Source of the DNA: Macrostomum lignano
Taxonomy: Eukaryota
Reading direction: 5' to 3'
NCBI GenBank assembly: GCA_002269645.1
Contig: NIVC01002655.1
Location: 1 to 64,000, forward strand
Length of the DNA: 64,000 nt
In this document: one piece after another, positions 35,501-47,122 of the stretch
Layout: every line of letters starts with the position of its first letter
Position numbering within the stretch: position 1 is the first letter of the stretch
Notes under the pieces: generated by a model
Database searches by the model: none
Told to the model about the DNA's origin: nothing
The model's input: the letters and a program-made list of their open reading frames with translations, nothing else
Position numbers and translations under genes: made by a program

Positions 35501-38388
35501 GAAGGCCATCAACACCACCGACGCCATCACTGTGCTGGGCGGCTTCATCCACCAGATGAACGTGAGTACTTGAAGTCTGCGTGTGGGAGACAGCGTTTCC
35601 GCCCCCAGTCAGCTGCGTTTCCGCCCCCAGTCAGCTGCGTTTCCGCCCCCAGTCAGCTGCGTTTTCCGCCCCCAGTCAGCTGCGTTTCCGCCCCCAGTCA
35701 GCTGCATTTCCGCCCCCAGTCAGCTGCGTTTCCGCCCCCAGTCAACTGCATTTCCGCTCCCCAGTCAACTGAATTTCCGCTCCCCAGTCAACTGCATTTC
35801 CGCCCCCAGTCAGTTGCGTTTCCGCCCCCAGTCAGCTGCGTTTCCGCCCCCAGTCAGCTGCGTTTTCCGCCCCCCAGTCAGCTGCGTTTCCGCCCCCAGT
35901 CAGCTGCATTTCCGCCCCCAGTCAGCTGCGTTTCCGCCCCCAGTCAGCCGCACCCCCCCCCCAGTCAGCTGCATTTCCGTCCCCTCAGTCAGGCTGGCCC
36001 TTCGCCCCTTCCATCACGCTGCAGTCTCGCACTGACTGACACAAACCTCAATCAATTTCAGCCTAAAGACCACGACGGCTGGGCTGGTCACGTGATCGCG
36101 CAGGTGCTATCCAACATGACAGAACTTTTCAAACCCGTGGGACACGGAGCTGTTGTGTCAGCCAAGGGTATGTTTACCAGAAAATGACTATTATACTTTT
36201 TTTATATATGTGGTAGCCAGAAAACACACTACATGTATTGACTTCCTCAGGTAGCTGTATCAACTTTATGAAAATCTGCTTTTCCTCCTACGTAAAAGCT
36301 TGTTAGGAGGGCAGGAGCAACCTGCGTTCTAACTTGTAGTTCACGTAGATACCTGACTACCTGCATCTACTTGAAAAAATCATGTTTCGATACATTAGAT
36401 TAATCAGAAACCAATACATGACCCAAATGAGCACTCCATTACCCAGTTGAGCACTCCAAGATTCAGTTGAGCACTCCAAGATTCAGTTGAGCTCTCCAAG
36501 ATTCAGTTGAGCACTCCAAGACCCAGTTGAGCACTCCAAGACCCAGTTGAGCACTTCAAGACCCAGTTGAGCACTCCAAGATTCAGTTGAGCACTCCAAT
36601 ACCCAGTTGAGCACTCCATTACCCACTTGAGCACTCCAAGATTTGGTTGAGCACTCCAAGACCCAGTTGAGCACTTCATGACCCAGTTGAGCACTCCAAG
36701 ACCCAGTTGAGCACTCCAAGACCCAGTTGAGCACTCCCAGACCCAGTTGAGCACTCCATTACTCACTTGAGCACTTCAAGACTCAGTTGAGCACTCCAAG
36801 ACCCAATTGAGCACTCCAAGAACCAGTTGAGCACTATGACCTAGTTGAGCACTCCCAGACCCAGTTGAGCACTCCATTACCCACTTGAGCACTCCAAGAT
36901 TCGGTTGAGCACTCCAAGACCCAGTTGAGCGCTTCATGACCCAGTTGAGCACTCCAAAATTCAGTTGAGCACTTCAAGACCCAGTTGAGCACTCCATTAC
37001 CCAGTTGAGCACTCCAAGACCCAGTTGAGCACTCCAAGACCCAGTTGAGCACTCCAAGACCCAGTTGAGCACTCTATGACCCAGTTGAGCACTCAAAGAT
37101 TCGGTTGAGCACTCCAATACCCAGTTGAGCACTTCATGATCCAGTTGAGCACTTCATGACCCAGTTGAGCACTCCAAGATTCGGTTGAGCACTCCAATAC
37201 CCAGTTGAGCACTTCATTACCCAGTTGAGCACTCCAAGACCCTGTTTAGCACTCCAAGACCCGGTGGAGCATCCATACGCACTCCATGAGCAGCCCGTCT
37301 CAGAGCAGCCACCTGCACTCCTCAGACGTGGAGACGGTCGAGCTGCAGCTCCGTGACCTGCTGCCGGAGAGCCTGCACCGGTTCGTGAACTACGACGGCG
37401 CCTTCACTACCCCAAGCTGCAACCCGGTGGCGCAGTGGCATCTCTTCACCGACTCCATGAAGATCCGGAAGGAGCTGGTGAGCGGTTTGGTCGTTTGTGA
37501 TGAGGTTTCTCAGCCTTGTTGAGCAGTCGCAAAACAGTTCTTCCTATTGTAGGCTATAGATGAAGCTATAGATCAAGCTAATAGATCAGCTGTAGATCAG
37601 CTGTAGATCAGGCTTGTAGATCAGGCTGTAGACCAGGCTTTATAGTGCATATCAGGCTATAGATCAGGGTATAAATCAGGCTGTAGATCAGGCTGTAGAT
37701 CAGGCTGTAGATCAGGCTGTAGATCAGGCTGTAGATCGGGCTGTAGATCAGGCTGTAGTTCAGGCTGTAGTTCAGGCTGTAGTAGATCAGGCTGTAGATC
37801 AGGCTGTAGATCAGGCTGTAGATCAAGCTGTAGATCAAGCTGTAGATCAGGCTGTAGATCAGGCTATAGATCAGGCTATAGATCAGGCTATAAATCAGGC
37901 TGTAGATCAGGCTGTAGATCAAGCTATAGATCAGCTGTAGATCAGCTGTAGACCAGGCTATATAGATCAGGATATATAGATCAGGCTTGTAGATCAGGCT
38001 GTAGATCGGGCTGTAGATCAGGCTGTAGTTCAGGCTGTAGTTCAGGCTGTAGTAGATCAGGCTGTAGATCGGGCTGTAGATCAGGCTGTAGATCAAGCTG
38101 TAGATCAGGCTGTAGATCAGGCTGTAGATCAGGATGCGTACAATTGTACAACACACCCAGTGTACAATTAGCTACAGCTAACGAACCCCTGACCCCTCGA
38201 TGCGCCTCCTTCAGCTGCTGAAGTTCACCAAGACCTTTTTCGACAAAGCCAAGAAGCGCCCAATGGTGGACAACTTCCGGCCTGTGATGAGCCGGCACGG
38301 CCGGGAGATCCGCTGCAGCTTCAGCAACAAGGAGGCCTCGCCAGAGGAGGTCAAGAAGGTGGCCAGCGAGACGCGGGTCGTGTCGTAG
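32525..38388 (+). CDS. Secreted protein: signal peptide + two AbfB (CBM42-like beta-trefoil) domains + alpha-carbonic anhydrase (about 625 aa, 9 exons)
   Basis: Exons 32525-32588, 32685-33098, 33194-33628, 34240-34314, 34425-34604, 35284-35561, 36062-36167, 37326-37477, 38215-38388; all phases compatible. Signal [20 protein letters not shown]. AbfB-type motifs [18 protein letters not shown]...[25 protein letters not shown]...DQDSSW. CA motifs [43 protein letters not shown]. Confidence 0.9.
34748..35212 (+). repeat. 21-bp minisatellite in CA intron 5
   Basis: GCTTAGAAATCACATGCTACA x about 22; explains the MLQLRNH ORF. Confidence 0.97.
35595..35990 (+). repeat. 22-bp minisatellite in CA intron 6
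   Basis: CGTTTCCGCCCCCAGTCAGCTG units. Confidence 0.93.
36420..37270 (+). repeat. 20-bp minisatellite in CA intron 7
   Basis: GACCCAGTTGAGCACTCCAA units. Confidence 0.95.
37550..38135 (+). repeat. 12-bp minisatellite in CA intron 8
   Basis: GTAGATCAGGCT units. Confidence 0.95.
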
Positions 38389-40319
38389 ACTTGACAGTTT
38401 GAAGTTACATTAGCAGAGCATGTAGGGAGTGATTACTGCAGACTGAATAGTTAGACTTGCTCCTGTGGTTTATGGTTTATTATCTTCAAAATTTCCTTAG
38501 CAATTGTTGAGAAGCGAGTTTCTTTTAAGAAAAAATTCAACTATATATTGGTCCTTTCGTGTGCTATCTAAAGTTTAAAATAACAGCGTAATTGTGATTT
38601 TAAACTGCAAAAAGTTTTGTTTAAATTAAAAACCAAGCGTATACCTTGTTGTTGAAAAATAAATTGGTAAAAGGTGCGTTTAAATAAGAAATGCTAAATG
38701 CTAAATCTTCCTGTTCACAATGAGAAATCAGACGCTCTACAAGCTCGAATCTCGCGATTTCATCGCAAAAATATTTGATGTTTTGAAGTAGCGAAAGTGA
38801 TCTCGCAAAACTTCGATTATTTAAATCTTTGACAATTTCTGAATGCGACCACGAGAGCGAGGAAAGTATAGACGATGCACCCATAAAGACGATACCCGTC
38901 CACATCGTGAGAGCTGGTGTTAATTTTTTTTGCACATTGTTTCAGTGAGCTGGAACAATTCACAAATACAAGTCGGAAACATCATGCGCTTTTTTGCTGT
39001 CGTTAAGAAACAATAACATTTGAGTAGCTAAGCTAGTAAGGCGCCGGTCACAGTGGACCATGGTGGCAAGGCGGTTCTCAGTCGATCAATCTATCAAATC
39101 AGTTAGCGAAACTGCCAATAGTGCAAAATCGGCGCTAGAGATGTACTCTGTGCACTCTAGATTCGCCAGGCGGCTCGGGTAATGAATAATGCGGTCTCCG
39201 ATGTTCGAGTTAGCCTATCATCAGCGCTACGAGAGGCTAGTTGGCGCGTTGAAGGCCAAAAGTACAATTTCTCGTATTTAGCAATGTAATAGTACATGTA
39301 GCTACCCCATAGTCTCGCCACTGCAAGAATCCCCTGCACAAGTCCCCTCTGTACCTTCATGGCCAATGCGATCAAGTCGCAGCAGTGCAGAGTCCCTTAG
39401 CATCGGCTATGACTTCGAGATTGACAGCAAAAAAGACACTAGTTGGCAGGTAAGTGCTAAGCCCCCTCTAGTCGGAAGCCCGATTTCGAAAGTTCCGGTT
39501 TGGTGAGCCAGGACGCACGTGTTGGTGGCAGCGGGTTAGTTAATCTGCGGATTAGCTGATCTCTATTTCAAAATTCTCCCTGCTTGTCTCTCGCTGTCCC
39601 TCTCTTAGCTATAGGACCTAAGACTGCTCGCCACAAGATCAAGCTACCATGGGTTGATGGCTTGACCATCTGACAGGAGTGGGGGGCAGGACTCTAATTG
39701 ATTTATTTCTGAGACCTGAGTCCCGAAGGCTTCCACGAAAGGGGCCGAAAGCCATCAAGTACATGTACGTACAATATACAACAAGTACATGATGGCATGC
39801 ATCATCCATACTTTTTTGTCGCGATTAGCGCATGGTACGCCATACGAGCGTAATTAACGTTAAAATCTTGTTAATCGACGAAATTTTACTCATGTGTACA
39901 ATTGTATCATTACACTTACATGTACAACTGTCGGGAGAGGAGAGGGAATATTCTATTCCACAAGCTATAGCCATATAAAGCCAGCCCTCAAACTTACATT
40001 TTCTAGGATACGAAGTTAGGCTTGTAGGGTTAGTGTTTCTAGCCTTTACGGTTTTCGTCTCATTATAAGTCGTCCTTCGGTTTTATTAAGATAATGCATT
40101 GAAGCCCTAAGAGGATAAGACTTAGTTTTATGTTATGTTATGTTATGTTTTACTTTTATGATATGGTTTTCTTACCAGAACTGAAAATTAAGGAAAAAAT
40201 TAAAATTGGTATTAATCCAAAACAGTATCTAATATGTGATTTTTTCTGTTTTTGCGTTTCGGGTTACGATATTTTTAGCATGTTAGATCCATTAGTCCAT
40301 TAGTCCATCGCTTTTCATA

Positions 40320-41594
40320 GGGCCTTTTCATATTACCAATTCCAGAACCAGAATCGGTTCGGAATTCCAAGAAAAAGCGCAGTATAACTATTAAACTCTG
40401 TTAATATTCCTTTTTACGTTCTATTTGATAAAAACTGCAACCAATTTGGCCACGGCTCAGCCTGACGCAGCCGCAGCAATTTTCCATAGACAGCCACCGC
40501 TAGCGGCAACCAATTTGGTAAAAACTGCGAGCTATTTTGCCAGCTTGAAGATAGCAGCTCAATAGCATAACAATAACGATAAAGAATGTTAACAATACAT
40601 GCACGAAGTCAGAACATTATGTCCTCAGCATTCAAGCACCGATTGAAGTACGTCTGGGAATGGTTGATCCAGCGCAGGCACTTGAGAGGCGTGATGCAGT
40701 TCAGTGCTTGCTGCACTTCTCTCTTCAGAATGCGTATCCTGTGCTGATGCAGTGTCGCACCTGCTGCAGCAGCCAGTCCAGTATCTGCAACCTCGCGCTG
40801 AATGGCAGGTGATTGCAATTGCGTTTTCAGCTTGGCCTTCAGCGCTGAGCCTGCGTACTCCGCCGGGTTGATGAACGGCGAGTATGGAGGCAGGAATCGG
40901 TGAGCATGACCTTCAGACATCCCAGGGACAACTAGGTGAGCGCGAGCCCCATCGGACAGTAGCACAAACTCCTCTTCCATCAGAACATCGATCTCAGAGA
41001 GGAATTCCATGAAGTGCTCGTTCGAATTGAACAATGGTGTCCACCATAGCCTCCGTCAGCGCCATCCTCTTCACTCCTCCTTTTGGCAGAGTGCCAACTC
41101 TACCAGTTCGTTCATACGTGGTCACGATGTTCCTCACTGTCGGTTTCTTCATCCCCATCATTCTGCCAAGCTCTCCCCAGTCGTCGCCACTCCTGTACGC
41201 TCTCACGATTCGCTCTCGATCCAGCTGACTTATCTTTTGGTACGGCCCACGATTCGCCATCAGAGCAGCTGCTATCTTCAAGCTGGCAAAATAGCTCGCA
41301 GTTTTTACCAAATTGGTTGCCGCTAGCGGTGGCTGTCTATGGAAAATTCTATGTCTATGGTCAGGCTGAGCCGTGGCCAAATTGGTTGCAGTTTTTATCA
41401 AATAGAACGTAAAAAGGTATATTTGACTGCCTTAACAACCTAACTTAGCACAATTTTTCACTTTCTTCTTGGCGATTGTCATTCAATAATAAAAACTTTA
41501 TAGCACGTATCTCCCTCTAGTTATGGAGACAAAAAGTTATACTTCACAAATTGGTTCTGGTTCTGGAACCAGAGCAAGCAATATGAAAAGGCCC
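40320..41594. mobile_element. Harbinger-like MITE (about 260 bp once the nested element is removed)
   Basis: TIRs GGGCCTTTTCATATT / AATATGAAAAGGCCC with further TTCCAGAACCAGAA similarity; ATA on both flanks (3-bp TSD). The superfamily call is inferred from the GGGCC end and the 3-bp TSD. Confidence 0.7.
40407..41419 (-). mobile_element. Tc1/mariner-IS630-type transposon with internally deleted transposase
   Basis: About 155-bp inverted termini (40407-40560 and 41265-41419), TA on both sides. Minus-strand HTH region MANRGPYQKISQLDRERIVRAY...LPKGGVKR (ATG 41260) is joined out of frame to a DDE C-terminus (LLSDGARAH...FLPPYSPFINPAE, ends 40609); the middle is missing. Confidence 0.85.
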
Positions 41595-44500
41595 ATAGTT
41601 GAAAAGCTCATCATTACGTATAAAAAAATTGAATTTTCGAATAAGTTTAAAATGTTGTTTCCAAGAAAACTTAAAAATTATTAACTTCTGTCTCTTCTTT
41701 TGAAAGCATCAGAAGTCAGAACAGAAATTGTAATTATTCGCTTGTAGTTATCATGTTTTTTATGGTTCGTACTCCAATAACGTTGCATCATGACATTTAA
41801 ATATTTTAGCAATTTTAGTAAATTATATATTTTATTATACAGGCAAAATCAAGTTTTTATCAGCCTATAGCTATTAGGGCCTAAATATAGTCATATAGAT
41901 GAGATAGGCCTATCCTTCATAAAATTGACCGACCATTTACTAACCAAAAGACGAATCTAGTGCTACTGTTTGGCTGTTATAATTTTACTTGCCCTAGGCC
42001 TTAATAGTTACTTGATTTGGTCTGGTGTTAATTACTTGATATATTTCATTTCAATGTAGCCCAACTATTAAGTTTAACTGTTTAAGTCTACCATATAAAG
42101 CTGTAAAGGTTTATTGCTTGCCAATGCTAGTCCTAAATTCATCTTAATCAACAATTAGCATTAATAACACAATTTCTCTAGTTTTTCTTCAAGTTTTAAG
42201 CCTACCAATTTCTGTTGCCACTTTGTTAAATTATTAGCATAATTAATGACAATAAATATTGGTTATTATTATGCAATTTATGGGATAAGTTTTATGGTCA
42301 ACAGATTGTGCAAGAATTATTAATGCTTGATTATAAAAGAGCTGCTACCAACAATTGAGATAAAATCCAATGTACCAGGGTGTAGAATAAATAATTAAAT
42401 TGGTATTATTAGGTTTCGTAGACTAGGGCCTAATGAACTGCACAGATAGGCCCCTAAGAAACAAAGGTAAGACAAAGTAGAAAAGTAGGCCAATTAGCAA
42501 GGTTATTACAACAGAAAAGTGGGAAGTTTTAATAAAACACTAAAGCAAAAGTCCAAGCAAAGAAAACCAAAGTCCAAAGAACATGCAAATTATGCATCTT
42601 TTCGCAGGGTTAAATATTCATGCATAGAAGTTGAAACACCAGTTGGGGCATACCAACCAAACCTAGGAGAGAAAAATGTTATAGCCCCACCTACCACAAT
42701 ATGAATGTTCTTATTAGTAGCATATTTATTTATCTATTTGTAGTATATATAGCAGCCTAAGCAGTTTTTTGGCACTGAACCCTTTTTTATTCCTAGATTT
42801 TATTTATTATTATAAAGGGAAATTCTTTCATCCAGGATTTCCCAGGATCAGAGGGTCACAGCATCTAGGCATTTGTACTATTTTAAGATGATTATTTCAG
42901 AATACTAAGATAATTCTTGCTTTTAGCAGTTTTCAATTCTCCCAGTGTTGGGATTTTCTTATAGGCCTAGTCTAGAAGTGATTTAAGCCTTTTTAAGGAA
43001 TGCAGTGCAAATTTGGTTAACTTTTCAAATGTTGGAAGATTTAAGCTTACAGTTTCTAGTTTAAAAACAAATATATACATAAGTTGTCTGCTCCTCTCCA
43101 ATTTGCATTCTATTTATACTATTTTTGGAAAAACATTTTTAACAAAATTTGGAAAATATTATTTTATATCACAAATTAAAATAGAATTTTTAGCAATAAT
43201 TCAAATATAGTATTTTCTATGAACTGGCAGGCTACAACCATGGCATTATAAAAGTATACTATATTGTAAATGAGTATTACATTTTAGAAAAAGAGCACTA
43301 CTTTAGATGTTGCCACTTGTTAAATTTGTTTCACTGCAAAGCTTGTTGCCTTATGCTAACAACATGTAAACATGCAATTAATTCACTTACTTTATTGACA
43401 AAACCAAATTAGAAAACTTTGGATTGCCACTTCTAATTGACAATATATAAAACATACCAAATTCAACACAATCTAGTCAACCAACTCTTGGAATATAGTC
43501 TAAAGCCTTTTCAAAAGTGGGTGGCCATAAACAGCATGAGTCCAGTTATTAATTTGACTTTTCCCCATTCTAAACTGTAATTGTAGATTGCAATAATTAG
43601 TTTAGTGGGTATGTTTATTATGCATGTGTCATTTTTATATATACACAATAAAGTGCATATTGAATATACATTTATATATAGGACTACACATATAATTGAG
43701 CATATTCTAAAGCATAGTAGACAAAATCACTATTCTAAAAGGTGTTGTACAAACTTGTGCACAGATTTTTATAACTTCTATTGAAACTTATAAATTATAT
43801 ATTTTTATTTTACTTCACTCAAGTCCATCTGCCATAAACTAATGTGGCTTGCCTCACATCCTATTCATACTAGAAAAAGTTGTTTCATCTGGCACTAGAC
43901 AAAATGGTGACAGACAAGATCACTGCACACTATTTATATAGGTTTACTTATATCATTGTTGTCAGTCTTTTTGGCATTGGCAATAGTTCATTTTGGTATC
44001 AAGAAGTTATTTACTTTAGCCACACACTTTAATCTAGCAATTGTCAAGTTTCATTTGTTAAATTATTTTGACTCCAAGAATTTAATCTATGAACTATTTT
44101 GAGTAAAAAAACTTCTTTGAAGGGACTTACCTAAGCCTAAGTAAGCACTAATTCTATGCTTTAAAACTATTTATTTTTTTACTATTTAGTTTTATTTATT
44201 TATATGTTTTATAAACTAATAAATATTTATAAATTTATTGTTATTGTTTATTGTTTATTGTTATAAATGTTTTATAAAAAATAATATGTTTTATTTATTT
44301 ACTATTTAGAATAGTAAATATTTTTCATATTGTTAATATTAGTTTTTTATTTTTTTAGTATAATGGATGTCATATTGCACATTTTTGCAAAAAAACTCTT
44401 TTTTTAATCAAACAGCATTGTTAATAAATATAATACTCATCAATGCAATTTTGTTCTTAACTATTAAATGTTCTTTACTATTCTAGTTTTTGTTAATTTT

Positions 44501-45200
44501 AATTATTGCAATAAGTCTTATGGTCCTAAAGCTAATTGTAAAGCATAGAAATCTATGTGGAACAATGAGTATCTTGCTCATTGTTCCACATATTGCATTG
44601 GAGCTATTGCTTGTCATAACCAGTTTATCTTCTTTAAACTCAACTTCTCTATGACTAGCCAGAGAAAGAAAAAAGGCATGCTTCTAGGCATCATTCTCAT
44701 TGTATTTATTGATTCAGCTGCATTCATAATTCAAGTGCAAATGTTGACTTTTTGTAAGAGCATAAAAAGTTCCTTTAATTAAAGATAAAGAATATTTTTT
44801 TAATGTTGCAAGTTAATTCAATGCATATTGCAAATCAATTTATTCAATACTTGGATTAGAACCAGTATATTCACATTTATCAGCAAATTCTTGCAAGAGT
44901 TGCCCATAAAACTGCCAACCAATTAGTGGGTTGATGGCCGCATAGCTTTTATAGCTGTATGGATGATTTGCACTACACCTACACCTGTCATAGAATAGCA
45001 TTCAGTACTGCCATACTCAATGGCCTGCTCTTGAGGAGGCAAGGATGGGCCTTCGCCTAGCTATGAAGAGTGACAGGCTAACATAAGTGGGCAATGGCTG
45101 TCTAATCAAAGACCTGTCTCTTGATATTTGTGCCGCTAGCCAAGACTTACTAGATTAGCGGACTGATGAAACCTGGTCTCTTGTCACTTATGCAGCGGCC

Positions 45201-46911
45201 ATGAACAGCGACGATTTAATATGGCAGATTATAAACAACAGCTTCTGCAGTTTTATGACCAAGACTAAAACGTCAAAGTTTTGTCGAAATGAGTACAACT
45301 TGACCGGCTTGTGCAATCGGCACTCTTGCCCGCTGGCCAACTCCCAGTATGCCACCGTCCGAGAGGAGGACGGCGTCATCTATCTCTACATGAAGGTGGC
45401 CGAGCGGGCCCACCTGCCGGCCAAGATGTGGGAGCGAGTTAAACTGCATCGAAACTACGAGCGGGCCATTGGCCAGATTAAAGAGAAGCTTATCTATTGG
45501 AACAATTGGATTCGACGGAGGGTTATTGCCAGGTGGGTGCCCTGTCTGTATTGCCCTGTCTGCGGTGCACTGTCTGCGGTGCACTGTATGTGGGTGCCCT
45601 GTCTGTGGGTGCACTGTCTGTGGGTGCACTGTCTGTGGGTGCACTGTCTGCGTACACTGTCTATGGGTGCACTGTATGTGGGTGCCCTGTCTGTGGGTGC
45701 ACTGTCTGTGGGTGCACTGTCTGTGGTTGCACTGTCTGCGTACACTGTCTATGGGTGCACTGTATGTGGGTGCCCTGTCTGTGGGTGCACTGTCTGTGGG
45801 TGCACTGTCTGTGGTTGCACTGTCTGCGTACACTGTCTATGGGTGCACTGTCTGTGGGTGCACTGTCTGTGCGTACACTGTCTATGGGTGCACTGTCTGT
45901 GGGTGCACTGTCTGGTGCCGTCTGTGGTGCCCTGTCTGGTCCACTGTCTGTGGTGCATTGTCTGTATTTCCCTGTCTGTGGGTGCACTGTCTGTGGGTGC
46001 TGCACTGTCTGTGGGTGCCCTGTCTGTGGGTGCTTCACTGTCTGTGGGTGCACTGTCTGTAGGTGCTGCACTGTCTGTTGGTGCCCTGTGTGTAGGTGCT
46101 GCACTGTCTGTAGGTGCTGCACTGTCTGTATGTGCATTGTCTGTGGGTGCCCTGTCTGTGGTGCACTGTTTGTGGGTGCCCTGTCTGTGGGTGCACTGTC
46201 TGTGGGTGAACTGTCTGTGGTAGCCCTGTCTGTATTGCCCTGTCTGTGGGTGCACTGTCTGTCGTGCCCTGCCTGTAGGTGCAGCACTGTCTGTGGGTGC
46301 ACTGTCTGTAGGTGCTGCACTGTCTGTGGGTGCACTGTCTGTGGGTGCACTGCATTGTAAACAACTTTGCAAAAAGCCCGCTACCTCGCGATCCTTGTCC
46401 CGTCCCCTTTTTTAGATTCGACCGCCTACTTGAGGTGCAGAAGCGCAGCCGCAGGCTGGTGCTCACCTCCGAGACGAAGCTCGTGCCGCTGTCGCGCAAA
46501 GTTGAACGTCGCGAACGTCGACGAGAGGATAAGGCTCTGGTTCGGGCCGGCCTGGAGACCGCCATCGAGAAGGAGATGCTGGATAGGCTGCGGGCCGCCA
46601 ACCCCGAGGAGTTCGTCAACGTAGACCGGGCCGCCTACGAGAAAGCGTTGCAGGCCGTTGAAGTTGAAGACGAGGAGGACGACGAGGAGTCTGAAGAAGA
46701 AGAAGAGGACGAGTCCGAAAGCGAAACCGAATACGTGGAAGATTTTGACGAATCTGAAGAGGAGATCGAAGACATCCAGGAGCAGCAGGAGGAGGGCGAG
46801 GAAGAGGAGCCGCCGGTGCGCCAGAAACTGACCCTCAGCAGTAGAGGAGCGGCTGCCATCGCGCCGCCGAGGAAGCGAGCAAAGGTGACAGTTGAGTACG
46901 ACTCAGACTGA
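45201..46911 (+). CDS. MAK16: MAK16 60S ribosome biogenesis protein (275 aa, 2 exons)
   Basis: Exons 45201-45532 and 46416-46911 (phase 2). [35 protein letters not shown]-like [28 protein letters not shown] and an acidic tail. Confidence 0.97.
45533..46352 (+). repeat. Degenerate about 15-bp minisatellite filling the MAK16 intron
   Basis: GTGGGTGCACTGTCT units starting at the donor GT. Confidence 0.93.
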
Positions 46912-47122
46912 TTGATGTTTCGAGCGCACACATTTAGCAGGCTGTCTGTGTCAAATAAATTTGAGCCACAATCATTGGCGGTAAATGAGTCCTCAAAAAA
47001 CATCTGTTTCTCTCGGACAAGATAATTGCATTTTGCTGCCGACAAAAGTATTCGTTGATAGTAAACTCTGTTGTTTAGCATCTTGGTTCTTTTCTGCTTG
47101 ATTGCAAATTTCTGTTTCTGTT

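Noticed and set aside
38621-38935. 104-aa minus-strand ORF after the CA gene
   Set aside because: It has a non-ATG start, no recognisable domain and no supported splice partners.
39037-39060. TAA-GGCGCCGGTCACAGTGG as a Harbinger terminus
   Set aside because: No matching inverted end was found in the window.
39650-39760. Hammerhead- or HDV-like ribozyme (GATGGC...CTGA...GGC/GCC GAAA GCCATC, TTCCACG)
   Set aside because: Stem III and GAAA fit, but the CUGANGA core is interrupted, stem I does not pair and no HDV P1/P3 pairing can be built. An Infernal search would settle it.
45128-45180. CCGCTAG/TTAGCGG stem followed by CTGATGA as a hammerhead or C/D snoRNA
   Set aside because: No stem II-GAAA follows and there is no properly placed C/D box pair.
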